A program made the position numbers and the translations under genes. A DNA stretch of 61,681 bases, counting the filler, from Bipalium vagum (lineage: Eukaryota): assembly GCA_037834085.1 (NCBI GenBank). It is 3 parts of 3 records of this genome, joined end to end, with 100 filler letters (N's around TTAATTAATTAA, not from the genome) between each part and the next. Parts side by side here need not be neighbours in the genome. Positions count along the whole stretch, not along the records: positions 1 to 27,320 come from JBBMKC010093691.1; 2 more parts are not named here. One strand, written 5' to 3'. The notes beneath the pieces are model-generated. The model made no database searches. It was given only the letters and a program-made list of their open reading frames with translations, and had not been told where the DNA came from. Within the stretch, counting starts at the first letter, position 1; the number at the start of each line of letters is the position of its first letter. Shown here piece by piece: positions 1 to 15,080 of this stretch.

Positions 1-73
<73 letters not shown>
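1..73. repeat. (AAT)n microsatellite at window start
   Basis: Perfect ATA/AAT triplet run. Confidence 0.98.
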
Positions 74-74
<1 letters not shown>

Positions 75-3000
75 CAAGTTTTTCTATTAATTATAATTAA
101 TTGATAATAATTAATACTAATTAATTAATTAATTATTAGTAGTACTTGATCTTTAACAATTTATTTATATTTGAATTCTTCTTCAACTTCTGAATCCCTT
201 TTTTCAATCTAGATATTACAGAATTCCTATTATATTAACAGATATTTCGCAGATTTTCTCGGATTTACACTTTGTATCCCCGATATCTTTTCTCTATTAG
301 TAAATCGAAAATTAACTCGGGAAATTTGTATATTTTTCATTTTAAATTAAATAACTTTTATTATGTGATGATTTTTAGAAACATCTAAGAGAATTCTCAA
401 GTGCTAAAATATGATACCTCACTTCTCAACCAAACGATTCATAAAATTTTGAGCAGAAAAGGAGAATTTATCTTTCATAAACTTTCGTTTTCCAGAACGA
501 TTTAAAATAGATAATTTTCTCCCATATTACTGACCTAAAATAATCAATTTTCACATTAAGTAATAAGATATATGAACTTATAATATTAATATTTTAACAT
601 TATATCTTAAAGTCTATTTTCTTATCTTTTTCTGTTCTTACATCATATTATTTACGTTACTGATCTATATAAATTAGCGAAGAATGTTTTTTAAAGAAAT
701 TTTCAGAATAGCTGGTAAGGAATTTCATGCAATATAGCTGGAATATTTTGTTTTTGTTTTAAATGATTAATTTAATCTCAAAGTAATATAATATTTAATG
801 ATTAGTATTTAAATAAAGATCATATAATTACATTCAAAATGATATATTAAAACAATGTTTATGTTAATTATGTATTTCTTGAAAATTTTTTACACTGTAA
901 ATAAGAATAGCAAAAACAACCAACCTGATATTGATTTTTAGCTTTACTTTTGAAACTAATAGTAAATATTATGTTAATTAAACTTAACCTATTAAGGTCG
1001 ATGCGCTCGCATAAAATGCTCCGCTAATTAAAAAAAATCACTTTGCTTGTCTTTTAAAAAAATTGCATAACATAAGAAATACTAAATTAACCTTGACGAA
1101 AGACCTGGAGTGATATCGAAGTTCAACCTTTATAAAATATCTGCTGAACTCAAGTAAATGTGAGTAAAAGAAAACATTTATTAATATCAAAAATAAATAT
1201 TACATTTATATTTTAATAATTTATTTATCTAAATTTAATTATTTTTTATATAGATATAATTAGAATTATTGTTTGTATAGTTTCACAATATTTTTCAAAT
1301 AACATTGAAAAAAATCATTTTGTGTTAATTAAAAACAGATTAAAAATACCACCCAATAAGTGATCCGAATTAAAAAGATAGTTGTTTATAATAACAAAAT
1401 TCTAGGATAAAATGTAACTAAATATATAATATAAATTATATTTAAAATAATCATTTAAATTGTTTTAATGTTTCACAATAATTTTTTAAACAAAAATCAA
1501 ATCTATTTTCACATGAACTGATTTTGTTTTAATTAAATAAATTTTTTTTCATTTGAAAATGATTTTAGATAATAAATGGAATTTTTATCTGGTTACATTA
1601 ATAAATATCATTGATGTTATATACGTAAATTTGAAGACACCAAATTTTTTAAAATTATTTTTCATTTATCATATTTTTGATGTAAAATTCTCACAAACAT
1701 TATTATTACCCCAGATAAACCATAGATTTTTGTTACAATGTTACAATGGATTTTATTACAGTACACGGAGAACATAATACAGAAATAATACTCCGGAAAA
1801 AGAATATAATTGATTTAGACTGCAGACAACGGTCTGATATAAAGATGGATTATTTCTATAAATTAAACTATTTAGAAAATATAAATAATATTTAAAAATA
1901 AAAAAATATAAATATAAAAAATAAATATAAAAATAAGATAAGACGAATATTTAAGAAATGTCATAATGATAAAATAATATGAATTTAATGACACCCTTTT
2001 ATCTTGATCATTGAATGTACTTAGGTGTATTTTAATAAAAATCCTCATTAAAGGATTCAATACATACCAGGAAAAATTAATAAAAATATTAATAATAATA
2101 TAATAAACTACTTGGGAAATTTTTTTATCATTTAAAATAAATGTAAATATTTCCAAAAGTTTTTATGGATCAAGTTAAGGAAAATGTCAATAAAAAGTAA
2201 AATATTATTATCACATTAACACTAATACATTCAACTTAACTAAACTGATATTTTAAGATTTCCAAAAGAGTCATAGGTACAAAAAAGGTTCCTGGACAAT
2301 TTTATAAGGGAAATTAAATATTATTTTTTGTGAACTGAAGAACACTTAAAAAATCATTATAATTATCAACAAAAAGATATGTTAGAAAAGTTAACTTGAA
2401 GAAATAGGAAGTGTAACAATTAAATATTAATTAATAATAATAATAATTTATAAATATTTTAAAAATAATTTTTAAAGTAATATATTATAATTTAATCCTT
2501 AATATAAAATAATTTTTTAATAATTTTAATAAATATAAAGGTTTCTTTTAAAAATTAACTAATTAAATTAATATTAATAAAGACATTTAATTAATTTGTT
2601 TAAACAAATTAATTTAAAAAAACAAGTATTGTTGAATTATTCAATTATTTTAATCGAATAAATCTGTTACCAAATTTTGATTTTATGAATTCAGAAACTG
2701 TTGATATCAGTAAATAACAGGAAGAATAATTTTTTAAATTGTGTGATGAAATACGTCCTAGAAATCAAAAGAATCTATTACAATACAAAAACTTGAAAAT
2801 TTGGAAAAAAAATTAAATCTATTCGAAAATTTAATGATCAAATACAGAATTTGTGAACAGAAGAAAAACCTTAAAGAATAAAATAAATAAACTGCAGATA
2901 AATTAATCCTGTCGATTTCGGACGAAAATAACAAAACGAGGAATAACTGTTTTTTATTAAATATAAAACTTGAGTAAAACTTTTACACTTGAAAAATTAT

Positions 3001-4050
3001 TGAAAAAAATATTAAAGTTGTTATAAATCAATATTTCAAAATGTGAACGTAATATTTCCATAAATAATGAATAAATTATAAGTGTAAATTGTAACTGTAT
3101 ACCAAACCAGAATTAATTTATAAAATATAATAATTAACTGTCAAAGTTGTACACAATTTTTTGTATTTAATATATATAATTCTTTTATTAACGTTCTAAA
3201 CATAAATAAACGTTTTAAACCAGAATACTTTAAAATGCATTATAAATGTAATTCGTTTTGATAATTTAAGAATTTGACAAAGTGATAAAATTATTTTCAA
3301 AATATAATATTAAAATAATTTATTTAAAAATATTTAAAGAGATAAAATAAAATTATCTAAAAGAATATTATATTGAGTATGAAATAAATATTTTTAAAAC
3401 AAAAGAAAATCTGTGCAATAAATATTGATATATTTTTCTAAATTAAAAATAATTTTTGAGAAATTAAATTATAATAATATTTATTGTAAATATATTTCAA
3501 TATGAATTATTTTTATAAAAAAATTAAATATTCTCATCAATTAATTATCTTAATTGTCTTGTATAACTTAATGTAAATTGTCAAATTTCAAATTCTTTTA
3601 AAAGAAAAATGAGTCTTAAACTTCATAAAACCCATAAAACGCATAAAATAAATTCCTAATTTATATTTATAAAAAAATAAATAATTTGTATTAATTTAAT
3701 ATAACATTCTTATTTGGATATTAAAAAAATTTTTTTTATAAAACAATTTTAAATATTGATGGAATATATAAACAAAAGAAAAAAAAGAATTTTCTGTAGT
3801 AATGAATAAATTTTATAAAGATCTTATTTACCAATTCTTTTTATCGAAATCAAAATAATATGCTTTAAAAACTTTTTTTTCTCTAATATCCTTTCTGATG
3901 CTGAAAGGTTCTTAGTACCAGTCGGAGGAGTACTAAAATTTGGCTAACTTATTCTCCATCCCCCTTTTGTCTAGGAATATTTTAGCTTGTCACCGGTTTG
4001 TGCATTTTATCAACTTTTTCATGACTAGCATAATATTCAAGTGAAATAAT

Positions 4051-4540
4051 ATTAGGGGTATCCATAAGTTAACATATATATGGAATTTAAGTAATATTAA
4101 TATTAAAAAATTTGTATTTTGTTTAAGTAAGTCAATATTGATTATATTTATGGCATTAATTTGATAATTTATGTAAGTTTACCAAATTATTTTTAGAAAT
4201 TATAATGGAAAGTAGATAAAATGCAAATACAGCACTGCATGTTGTTTTTGTTTAATGAGAGCAAAACTAGAGCAGTAGACGAGAGTTCATGTCATCAATG
4301 GTTTGCACACTTTAAAAGAGATGATGTTGATTTGAACGATGAAGAACGCGTTGGGTGGTCACATGAGATGAGTTTTGGGGTGACCTGGAAGCACTTTCGA
4401 AAGAGGATTTAACTCAATCGAGTGTAGAATTGGCAAGAAGGTTACATGTTAACTAGAGCACCATAATTCGATGGTTATATCAGTTGAGAAAGATTCATAA
4501 AGAAGGAAAATGAGTTCCCCATGATTTATCCGAGAAGAAA
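4051..4540 (+). mobile_element. Truncated mariner relic (5' part of transposase)
   Basis: TIR-like attaggggtatccataag at 4051; HTH-region peptide CHQWFAHFKRDDVDLNDEERVG; decayed WVPHEL motif (EGK*VPHDLSE) near 4510. Confidence 0.75.
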
Positions 4541-7479
4541 TATAATAATACATGAAATTTCTTTAAAATAGTATAACCAATAATATAAAATACTTTTTGA
4601 GAATACTATTAAACTTAAATCAGTTTATAATGTAACTATATAATTCTACCTACCGGTTATTATTTCCGTGCATTCAGTACAAGAATAAATGTACAGGGAT
4701 TAATGAAGACCACTACAGCATCTATAATATAACAGATAGGAAATGACGCTGGTAACTCTATTTTCTTTTATTTTAAAATTATGAAAGTCACTATGCACTC
4801 AATATATTTATATTAAATATCTAGACCATTTCAAAAAAAATTTTGAAAAAAAAGAATGAAATAATTACCAACTATAATAGCAATCACCATAGAATTAAAA
4901 AAAGGAACAGCCTTTTTTATTTATGTTGATTTCGTAGTTTCCTGCCTTTACGTTTTAATAATTTTATCATTGTCAAAAGTACGTGGATAAAATGAAATCA
5001 ATATTGATTATTTAGGTATAAAATATATTTTTATCCATTTATTTAAACAAAAAATTATATGAATATAATTATTTATTACTTTTTATTTAGAAAAAACTAA
5101 TTTTATTTAGAGCAAGGTTCTGAAAAGACATTTAAATATTGTTCACAGTAATTGTATAAATAAAGATTCAGACAAAGAATATCAAAGATAATTATGACTT
5201 GATATATTATTCATGGATATCATCATCCCTGAATACGAATGAAAAATACCATTAAAACCGACATATATAAAACCGATCAATTTTGTCACACATCAAAAAT
5301 ATCAAAAATTGATAGTTATGAATAACGCATTATTTTTGTTATTACAAAGTAAAAAGAAAAAAAATAGTTTAACAATAAAATCATGACAATATTTAAAATA
5401 TCTATTTTTTATTTAATATCTAAAATATTTATTTATTATCATTTATATATATAAATATAATTTATATCATCGATATTTAATTTGTTAAAAAAACCATATT
5501 CTCATATAATAGTATGATATAATATCATATGATTAAACAACTGATATATGAGACAATAATTTTGACGAAAAATTTAAGAAAATTCTTTTATAAAATCGGA
5601 AAATTCAAATGTTTTAAATTAACATATTATATTTATCTTGTTTTAATAAATAAATTATTAAATCATTGATTTAAATTAATCAAGTTGAATAAAAATTAAT
5701 TGACAATTTTTAAATGTTATTTTTAGTTTTATTGATTATTAAATAATTTATTTCAATAAAATTTTCAGACAAAAGATAATGTTAAACCAGAATTTATGAA
5801 ATTTTCATTCACGAATTCATTGAAAAAGATCAATGTTACATACACATGAATAGTTTCAAATAAATGTACAAATGTATCAATTTATCTAAGAATAAAACAC
5901 TTTTAATTGCAAGCCGCAGAAAATTGGGAATCAAAGAAAAGAAAAAATAATTATATAATTATTCCCTTTTTTCTTGGAATGGTAGAAAAATATTTATCAT
6001 ATATATATTTCACATAATTAATTTTTGAATTAAAACAAAATTTAATTATTGTTCGATATTCAGAAAAAATAATAAGACAAAACCAAAAAATCCAACTTTT
6101 TTTTCTAGACAATTTTTAGAAGTTACTATACATTAATAAAATAAAATTATTTTATATTTTCATATTACATATATTATGTTATATTTTATTATAAAATATT
6201 AAAACATCAATTTATTTTATTCAGGTTCATGGGAAAAAAAGATAAATGAGTTTGGACAAATAATTAAATAGATTGTATTTAAAAATATTTGACTAATAAT
6301 ATTCATAAAAAATAAAATAAAAATTATGTAAATTTTATTTTTAATTATGGATTATTATAATAAATTGATATTAAGTTTTATTAAAAATATTTTTTGCTTT
6401 TTTATTTATTCACTGTACATTTATTAAATAATAAAAATAAAAAAAATAAAAAATAATAATACATTAAGATGTGTAATATATTTGTTCGAAAAAGAATTAT
6501 TGCTAAAATTCGTGAATAAAAATAAGTTCGATTTGATATTATATTTTATTTCGTTAAATATAAAGGTTAAATAATTCTTAATTACTAAAACATTAGTCTT
6601 CTTTCTCCAAAATTTGTCGGTTACCGAAAAATTGCTTTGAATTAAATCACCACAGAAAACATTGTTTTGAGCTGTTTTATGTAGGCAGCAATATTAATAA
6701 TGACTACGGATATTTAAAATCCGAAGAATGCTGTTCTATCAAAGTCGCTAATGGTTTCAAATTTTGAGTGTAAAATAAAGAATTTTTAGTAACAAAAATT
6801 ACGAATGAGAGTAACACTTAGCAGACTTATCAGGATTCTCTTAATAGGTAATATGATTAATAAATAATTAACATTTCCCTTAATAAAATATTAGGTTAGT
6901 GTGAAAGTAATGTCTCATTATATATAGAATTATTTTATAAAATTTCACAAACTGCAAAATTTTTTATATATTGCAATAATTTCTCTAATTATTCACGACC
7001 ATTAACCATGTTTCAGGTATTAAATTAATCCTCTTGAAAAAATCCTATCTTGACCTGAAACTTTCAAATAATACAATATCCGCATCCTGCTCCAACCTAA
7101 CTTATCCTTTAAAAATAAACATTCTACGATATTTTATACAGCTTTTTATTGTTTCTAACAAATTTTGTGTTAATATAGTCTTTCATTCTCAAATTCCTTG
7201 TCAACACCAATCAGACCATTATAAAATCTTACGAATCTCTATAGAGGGCACAAGAAAAGTTCTCGAAATTGTCTTGTCCTTTTAAAACGTCATATTTGAA
7301 AAAAGAAACACATATGATACTAATAAATATGAAATGTAACTTAATTGAAGCGCTATTTTATGGAGTTCAAATAAATGAAACTAATTTTACGATGATAACA
7401 TGACAATCATATAAATTATTCCATTTGCGATTCATAAAATAATTTCCTTTTTTATTAACATGATATAAACCAGATATAT

Positions 7480-7890
7480 AACGTCATATACAGAGGTACT
7501 TTAATCTTCTGAATCTGTATGGTTTGCAATTTTTACAAGAGATGACATTAACGATTTGATATGGCAGCACGATGATACATAACCGCACTTCCCATAAAAC
7601 TATAGCTTGATGTTTATTTCCCTTTATATGGATCGGACGACGGAGTCCAGTTGAGTGCCAACCACGCTTTCCGGACCTTAAACTCCAGATTTTTTTTTAT
7701 TTGTTATTTTGAAGAAAAATGTTTATGAAACCAAGCCAAAATAACATAAATTATCTGAAAACCTCAATTATTCAATCCTGTGCTAAAATAACTCCTGGTA
7801 TGTGCGTGAACGTTAGCATAAGTGTTCCATACAGAATTAGACGTTGCATCGGTGCTAATGAGGCTCAATTTGAGCACATTTTAATTAAAT
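7480..7890 (+). mobile_element. Tc1/mariner (rosa-like) transposase C-terminal relic
   Basis: Broken translation WQHDD..PHF, WIGRRSPVECQPRFPDL, KKNVYETKP, YRIRRCIGANEAQFEHIL matches the WIGRxxxxxWPPRSPDL and R..CI...G.HFEH pattern. Confidence 0.75.
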
Positions 7891-8814
7891 AAATGTTATT
7901 ATTCTGTTCTTATATATGATAACATGATAAGAACAAAAAAGAAGAACAAATGGATAAAAATAAAAGATAAAAGATCTTAAGAAAGAATTGTGGAAGACAG
8001 AATTTCAATATGGATGTGATTGGTAAAAGTTATTTTTATAAATGGCAAATAATTGGAATTCCTTGATAAATTTTATCAAAAAAAATATATCACGTCAATT
8101 ATCCCATTAATTAAGTTATTAAATTTATTTTCTTTTATTTAAAAAAGATTCATTTTATATTTTGTTTTTTGTTTAACATTCCATTATTTAAATTATAACT
8201 TGCCTTAGTGGATGAGCATTGGTTTATTCTAAAAAACCAACAAACCACATTTATGCTTAACACTACTGAAATTTCACAAATTATTATTTAATGTAACGTT
8301 ATTTAATAAAAATATAACTATTTTAATCAATATAAATTCAGAACAGTGACTATAGATTTCTGGTTTGAAATAAGCAGAAGACCAATACTTCTGTATAAAA
8401 ATAAAATAAAATTGAAATATTTTAATTATTATTTTTACATAATTGTTAAATTGAATCCAACTGGTGATAAACAGGGTTATTAATTTACATTCCTTTAATA
8501 ATAATTTGTTATCTATGGTTCATGTGCAAATGTTGATCTATCGCTGTATGAAACCAATAAAGTGATCTGAAAAATTAAGCAACAAAAATTGCAGTTTATA
8601 ATTTATATATGACCTGCATTGTTTTCATGTTACTAAAATAATTTTTGATGAAATATTTGTGACACTAGCGTTAATTAGTAGTATCAGTTAATGTTCACTA
8701 ATGAATTTATTTATTTTGGATCATAAATGTAGAGTACGTTAACTGATAGAAAGAACAAACAAATTATGAAGATAAAATCGTGTATTAGAGAAAATGAATT
8801 CATTATTTTTAACG

Positions 8815-9520
8815 TAGAGATCCAATTAAAAAAAATAAACATGGACAAATAATATAATAATATAATAATTGGCGGAACCTCCTTTAGTCTTGATAACTTC
8901 TGCAGGTCTTTCTGACACGGAACGGGTTAGATTAGGTAACCACTGTTTTGGGATCTGATTACATAAAGTTTTCACGATATATAGTCTCAATCGGTCTGTA
9001 TTATGCATGAAGGATTTCTTCAGCAATCCTTTCAGACCATAAATTTTCTATTGAATTTAAGTCTGACCAATGTGGAGAAAAGTCTAGCACATTCCATAAT
9101 TGAATCGAAATTCAATTTTTCATCCTTTGTCTTTTGTGACACAAAGCATCGCCATGAAGGAGAATCCATGAATCGACATTCTTAAAATACTGCTGCTGTA
9201 TCGATGATACTTGAACATTTCCAAATAAAAAATATCTTTTCTCCTACAATTAAACATCCTATCATTGTTATTTTTGGAGAACCCTTCACTTGACATGGCC
9301 ATACCAGATTCCGATCGATGAAATCTAACGACAAGTATTTAAAGGTATTAAATGTCTAAGTATCATCGTTACTGCATCATTGTTTTATTGAATAAGAATG
9401 AGGATTCGTGGATTCTTTTTCACGATCAGATCTCGTTGATGAAGGTAGTAAGCCATGACTCAGATTGTAAACGAAGTTTGATTACACAAACAAAACTCGA
9501 GTTTTAAATTTTTTAACAAA
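8815..9520 (-). mobile_element. Degenerate Tc1-like transposase relic
   Basis: C-terminal IPKQWLPNLTRSVSERPAEVIKTKGGSANYY resembles the Tc1 IP...NL..SMP.R..AVI.AKGG.TKY ending; many stops and frameshifts upstream. Confidence 0.7.
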
Positions 9521-11087
9521 ACAATATTATTTTGATTGTTTTAATCTTTGCAATAATACTTTCTAATAGATAAAAAGGAAAAAAATATAAATATAAATAT
9601 TATAAAAGTAATTATAAGAAAAAATTATTTTATAGTCGTGTATGGAAACCTATCGTCGTTTGATTAGAAGCTTTAAAAAGATAAAATCTTTTAAGACTAA
9701 AAGTGAAAAATAATAGAATTGTTTTTCATTATATTTTCATTAAAAGAAACCTTAGAAATTGATTTATTTGATTGAGTAATACATATTTAAATAATAATAT
9801 TTAATTATAATAATATCAGTAAATTTTTTTATTTCCGTTATGTCCATACTGAGCAAGAAGTGTTACTAAGTCCTTAAAAATCAGGTGGAAAAAATCACAT
9901 TATTCATTACAGAGTTAAATATTCAAAAAGAAAAAAACATTCATTATAAGAAATTTTAAGGGAAAAAATCACAAATCACAAACTAAAAAAATGTTAATCA
10001 ATTGAAAGCGGGCTTCAATGACTTATACTTTTTATTTCGCTAATTATTTTATTGATTTCAAATTAAAAATAAATAATGAATAATATCGATTAATTTATTA
10101 TTAATAATAATTTATTAATTTAATGATTTCTTGATATTAAAAATTGCACGACTTAAAAATTCCTAATAAAGTTATTTCATTAAATTTTTCTATTTAGGTC
10201 TCACAAATTGATTTTTTTATCATTGATATTTATTTTTTTATTTATTTCTTTTATGATAGAAAAATACGATTTAATTCCAGGCAAAAAACAATTGAGCTTA
10301 ACTGAATAATTTTCAAAAGGAGCAATTTGAAAAAGTAAACCAAAAATAAAAGAAAAAAAATTAATATTACTCCGAGATTTCAGAGAGTCTGGCTAACAAT
10401 TGATGGATTTAGTTTAAATATTTACAATTATGACGAATTGTTTTACGCTGAAGATGCAATGCTTTTCAACAAAACCGGGAGAGAAAAAGTTTCTGTGTGA
10501 TTTCTCTATCAATGGAAATTGAAAGAGAACAGATCAAATGAAATCAAACTGAAAAAGAGACAGAAAATGGCCGAACTAAAGCAGTAAGCATTGCTAAAAT
10601 ATGCCGTTCATAATGCTTAACAGTATTACTAGTCAATTTTTACACTAATTTTCCAAATAAGTTTCTCATCTAACACAATGAAATATTTGTAAAAAATAAA
10701 AATTAATAATAAATTTTCAAACCATTCACAAAATAATGACAATATTTTAATATGGATAAATATTTCCATCATTTACTGGAGATTAATTTCGACGTTATTT
10801 TTTCAGTTGAATTAAAAATGGTAAAATGTTTTTTTGGAAAAATAATTTTTAAATAATTATTATGATTAGAGTTTATATTTTATGTGACTTTATTTATCTG
10901 AATTTTCGTTATTATCAATTTTAAAATAAAAAGTTTAAAATACGCAGACTTTAATTTAATTTTTATAATATTTATTCTTGGAAAATTAAATTTGACTATT
11001 GTAAACATGAAACCGTTAATTTAGAAATGTCACATTTCTTTTTTTTCACAATTATCGAATCAAATTTTATTATAAAAAAATACTTAC

Positions 11088-11350
11088 TTGTAATAATGAT
11101 TCCGACAAAATAATTTATTATCCTTTAACATGAAGCATGATTCTTCTAATATCTCTTCACAAATAGAACACAGAGCACAAGATTTGTGCCAGAATGTTTC
11201 ATTGAGAGAAAATAGATATTTATCGTTTATTGCTGCATTGCAACCAGTGCAAATGGGATTATCAACCTTTTTTCGTTTTTTAGTAAAATCTACCGATAGT
11301 TTTGCCACTGAATTCTTTTCACTCCAATGTATATTTTCAAGATTTTTCAT
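11088..11350 (-). CDS. First coding exon (LIM1 domain) of a probable LIM-homeobox gene, most similar to Lmx1-type
   Basis: Full LIM zinc-binding pattern CTGC-x-WHKSC-x2-CSIC-x-FCRNH; LNETFWH resembles Lmx1a LNDSFWH; ends at phase-2 donor AA|GTAAGT (11087 downward), where LIM-HD genes have an intron after LIM1. Later exons not found in the window. Confidence 0.8.
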
Positions 11351-11899
11351 CTATTTTGAAATTCTTAAATTAATTTTAGAATTTCAAATGTCATAAATCT
11401 TGTCATAAATTAACATGTTAAAATGATATTATGTTTATAAAATTAAAATATTTAACCTTGTGAAAATCGTAAAAGTACATATTATTACTTATTATAAACA
11501 AATATATGATAAATGGCTAGAGTTAAATATATTTAGCTTAAATATTATCAGAAAACGATAAATATTAATAATAATTATTAAAATATTAATTTACAGTTTA
11601 TTTTAATTTTTTTATCCTTAACAGATTGTATTTTAATGTTTATTCAAATTTATAGTTTATACGTATATCAATTCTAAGTTTAGACTTGTTATTATCCTCT
11701 ATTTTATGTTTTCCTAATTGAAATTTTAACTATCTCTTGTTTATACAAATATTTGACCAAAATTTTTAATAAAAACTTTCAGAAAACCTTAAGTCTTGAA
11801 AAAAAACTGGTTTCTAAAAAGAAATCTTAACTATTCGAAGATTTTTAATTTAAGACAGTTGGCAACCTTTTTCAAGTGAAATTTTCGATTAGCTTCAAG

Positions 11900-12170
11900 T
11901 AGATCTGAAGCTCACTGGAATTATCCTAAAACTTCAAATTAATATTATCAAACTCTCAGTTTAGTTTTCAAAGATAGAGTCCTCATCTCTAAACAACCGA
12001 AACCACCATATCGACAAGACTTTCTGATGAGAACAAAAATCTGAGCAAATATGTATTTCCTAAAAATTGGTAAAACCGTGTTTCTCCAAAATTTGCAAAT
12101 ATGAAACCAAAACTCATTTTTGTACAAAATCTCTAAAAATTTCCAAAACATTGTAATTGACATAAAACGT
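11900..12170 (-). mobile_element. Possible L1/Tx1-like LINE ORF2 post-RT relic
   Basis: NTVLPIF..AQIF and RKSCRYGGFGCLEM weakly resemble the L1-clade VLP..Y..Q and K..GGLG motifs; heavily decayed. Confidence 0.3.
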
Positions 12171-13039
12171 ATTTTACATCTCGTTTTTTAAAAAATTTTA
12201 ACATGAATGTTTTTATTTTCTGTAGATGCATTACTTTGATGACAAATGAATAGATGTTATTGAAACAGTGAATCCATTCTAACTATTGGGTCGAGATTGT
12301 GGAGCTGTGATTTATTATGAACTATTAAAACCATCAGTGCTGCAAAGATCGAGAAAGATATCGAAATATCAGTAACTCAACTCCGCCAAGTTGAGTTGTG
12401 GTTCACCAGTTTTTTAAAAGTCTGTCAGGATACTATCGATTGAACTATACCTTGCATTGGGTCTCACTAAATCTATTCTTCCGATAAATTTCATTTTTAA
12501 TCTTTGGTGAACATTTCTTGCACTAGATCCCTGATCAAACTCATTCAGGACACATTACCTAATATGTCGCATCTATATTTTGATATTTAAAAGTGTGTCT
12601 AGCAACCATATTATTTAAACAAATAACCGATTAAATATCAACTTAATAATTAAATCTAATTTTATTTATAAGCGAGTAATTTAATATAAAATTAATGCCA
12701 TTTAAATGGTATTTGAAAACTTACCAGTTCCTATTTTTGGGACACTTAATATTATTTTAGGAAATGATATATAACATATTGATAATAATTATTTTGTAGT
12801 ATAAATTATTTATACATTTAAATGGTTCTTAATTTTGACTGATTCTTATACACTTAAATACTTAAATAGACCTAATCTATAATTGATCTAATATATTTAA
12901 AATTCCAAACAGATTCTGGTTGTTCTTTTTCTTCTATATAATTATTAAACCTATAGTCTCTTACTCTTTTTTTTTAAAAATTGAAGAAATAAGAAAAATA
13001 ACTTCATTAACTTTAAAATATATTTCAATTCAAATATGA

Positions 13040-13960
13040 TTTTTTGATTAAGTTTTAAAAATTGTTTCATTTAAATGTTGATCACCAGAGTTTTCGCAAA
13101 TTTGTACTATTTTTAATACATTTTTCAATACTGACTGCAAATGTTTTCGTCGGTATTGCTAATGTTTTGGATCGTATGGTGTATTTTAAGTTAGTTAATG
13201 TTTAAGACTTATTATCATTAACCTTATCTTTCAGATAACTTCAAAGAAAAGTCAGAAACTGTAAAATCTGGCGACTATCGAAAATGTGAATGTTTCGATA
13301 TTAATCGATTAATGAAAGTTGAAATCAGGAGTTGTACTGTGGCTCCATCCTGTTTGAACCAGGCATCCTCAACTTTATTTGCAAGATTCGATATAAAAAA
13401 AACTTTGAATCATCTTTCGATATCGATTGCCATTCACCGCAACCGTCATACCATTTTCTTCAAAAAAATAAGTACCAATGATTCTATTCGTGGAAACCAC
13501 ACACCAAACCGTTACCTTTTATGGGTACAAAGGGTGTTCATGTAAAATCTGTGGATTTTTAGTACAAAAAAACGTATATTTTGTTTGTTGACGTAGATGT
13601 TAAGTTGGAAATGAGCTTCGTCACTCATCCATAAATATCTAAAAAACGAACCATCATAAGAATTTGTATTGAATAATTGACGGCTGTATTTTAGGCGCAA
13701 TGGGTAATCATTTAAATTTTGGACTAATTGAGTCTTATAAGGATATATTTGTAAATCTGCTTAAAATTCTGCTCAATTACGGATTCATGTCCAACTGAGT
13801 ACACCGTTTTCGACTTGAAGTTTTTGTACCCTTCTTTACACTCTGTCTTACAGCATCAATATTTTACTATTAATCCTTAAAGATATTGTTCTCCATGGTC
13901 TTCTGACAACTGCCAATATCCCAGTGTCTTCAATTTTTTGCACCAGTGGAGAATGGTTAG
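13040..13960 (-). mobile_element. Decayed rosa/DD41D-like Tc1/mariner element
   Basis: WMSDEAHFQLNIYVNKQNIRF, KVTVWCG, VNGNRYRKM, WFKQDGAT and SPDFTVSDF motifs, broken by stops and deletions. Confidence 0.85.
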
Positions 13961-14524
13961 TTTGGAAAGCAAATTTCTTGTTTTGTAAAATCTTCTACAT
14001 TTCAATTGTGTTTCGGAAATACTTCTCTCCCTTTCAAGGTAAACTACTACTATTTTGATTCTTTCTTCCGGGTAAATTTCTTCATAATTAATTTTGTTTT
14101 TAATATACGTTATTCAGATAAAAAAATTAAAACAAGTATTAGAATAAAAAAAATATTGACTTATTTCATTACTAATTATTTTGTTGTTTAGAATAAAGTT
14201 CATACATTATTTTTTATTATCCTTGTAACTTCATCTATATTAAATGGATAAATATGAATTTGATAACAAAATTTATCTTTAAGAAATTTTAAATAATGTT
14301 TCAAAAAGTCTACCAAATAATGAAAAACGTTTTTCTCTTTCCCACCTTTTTTAATAACTACATTTTCTTTATAACACTTCTATTCAAATATAAAAAATAT
14401 AATTAATAATTTATGTAAAGCGTGCTTAATTAAAATATTTTTTAATTATTTAATATAAAATGTTTGTTTAGGACATACATTTCGAAGAACATTAGTAATC
14501 TTATTCTTAAATAAAGTATTTGTT

Positions 14525-14603
14525 TAATTTATCTAAAAATTGTGAATAAATACATTTCTATAATTTATCTAAAAATTGTGAATAAATACATTTCTATAAT
14601 TTA
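14525..14603. repeat. 36-bp tandem duplication
   Basis: taatttatctaaaaattgtgaataaatacatttcta occurs twice head-to-tail, plus a partial third copy. Confidence 0.9.
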
Positions 14604-15080
14604 GTTAAATAAATAAATAATATTGAATTTTATTTAATAAAATTTTCTAGTAGAAATATCATTTATATCGATTTAGTACGTGAGAATGTCTTATTTCAAT
14701 AATCATTAATAAATACAAATAAGTTTCGTAATAATATGAAATCGTAATTTGTTTATATTATTCGAGTAAAGGAAATTCATAAAACAGTAACATAATCTTA
14801 TATTTAATATCATTTATTTGAAGAAGTAAAATAAAGTCCTGTGAAATAAAGAAATAGCTAAACTAAAGTTGATAAAAAGGTTGTAACAAAAAGTTATGAA
14901 GAATCTTTTTTCTTTTTCTCCATTTAGTCCTTTTCTGTAGGTTAAAAAATCTAGCACGAACCTGAATTTCTTTCAACTTAGTTTGTTTTAATTATTTAAT
15001 GTATTATTGAATTAAATAACATTATTAATTATATTAACAAATATTTTAAAAACTAAACCTATTTATTTTAAATGATAAAG

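Noticed and set aside
1553-2156. Short Ile/Phe/Asn-rich ORFs (and similar ones at 14006, 20227, 20891, 22662, 33226, 44742, 55675)
   Set aside because: Compositional artefacts of AT-rich DNA, many with non-ATG starts and no motifs.
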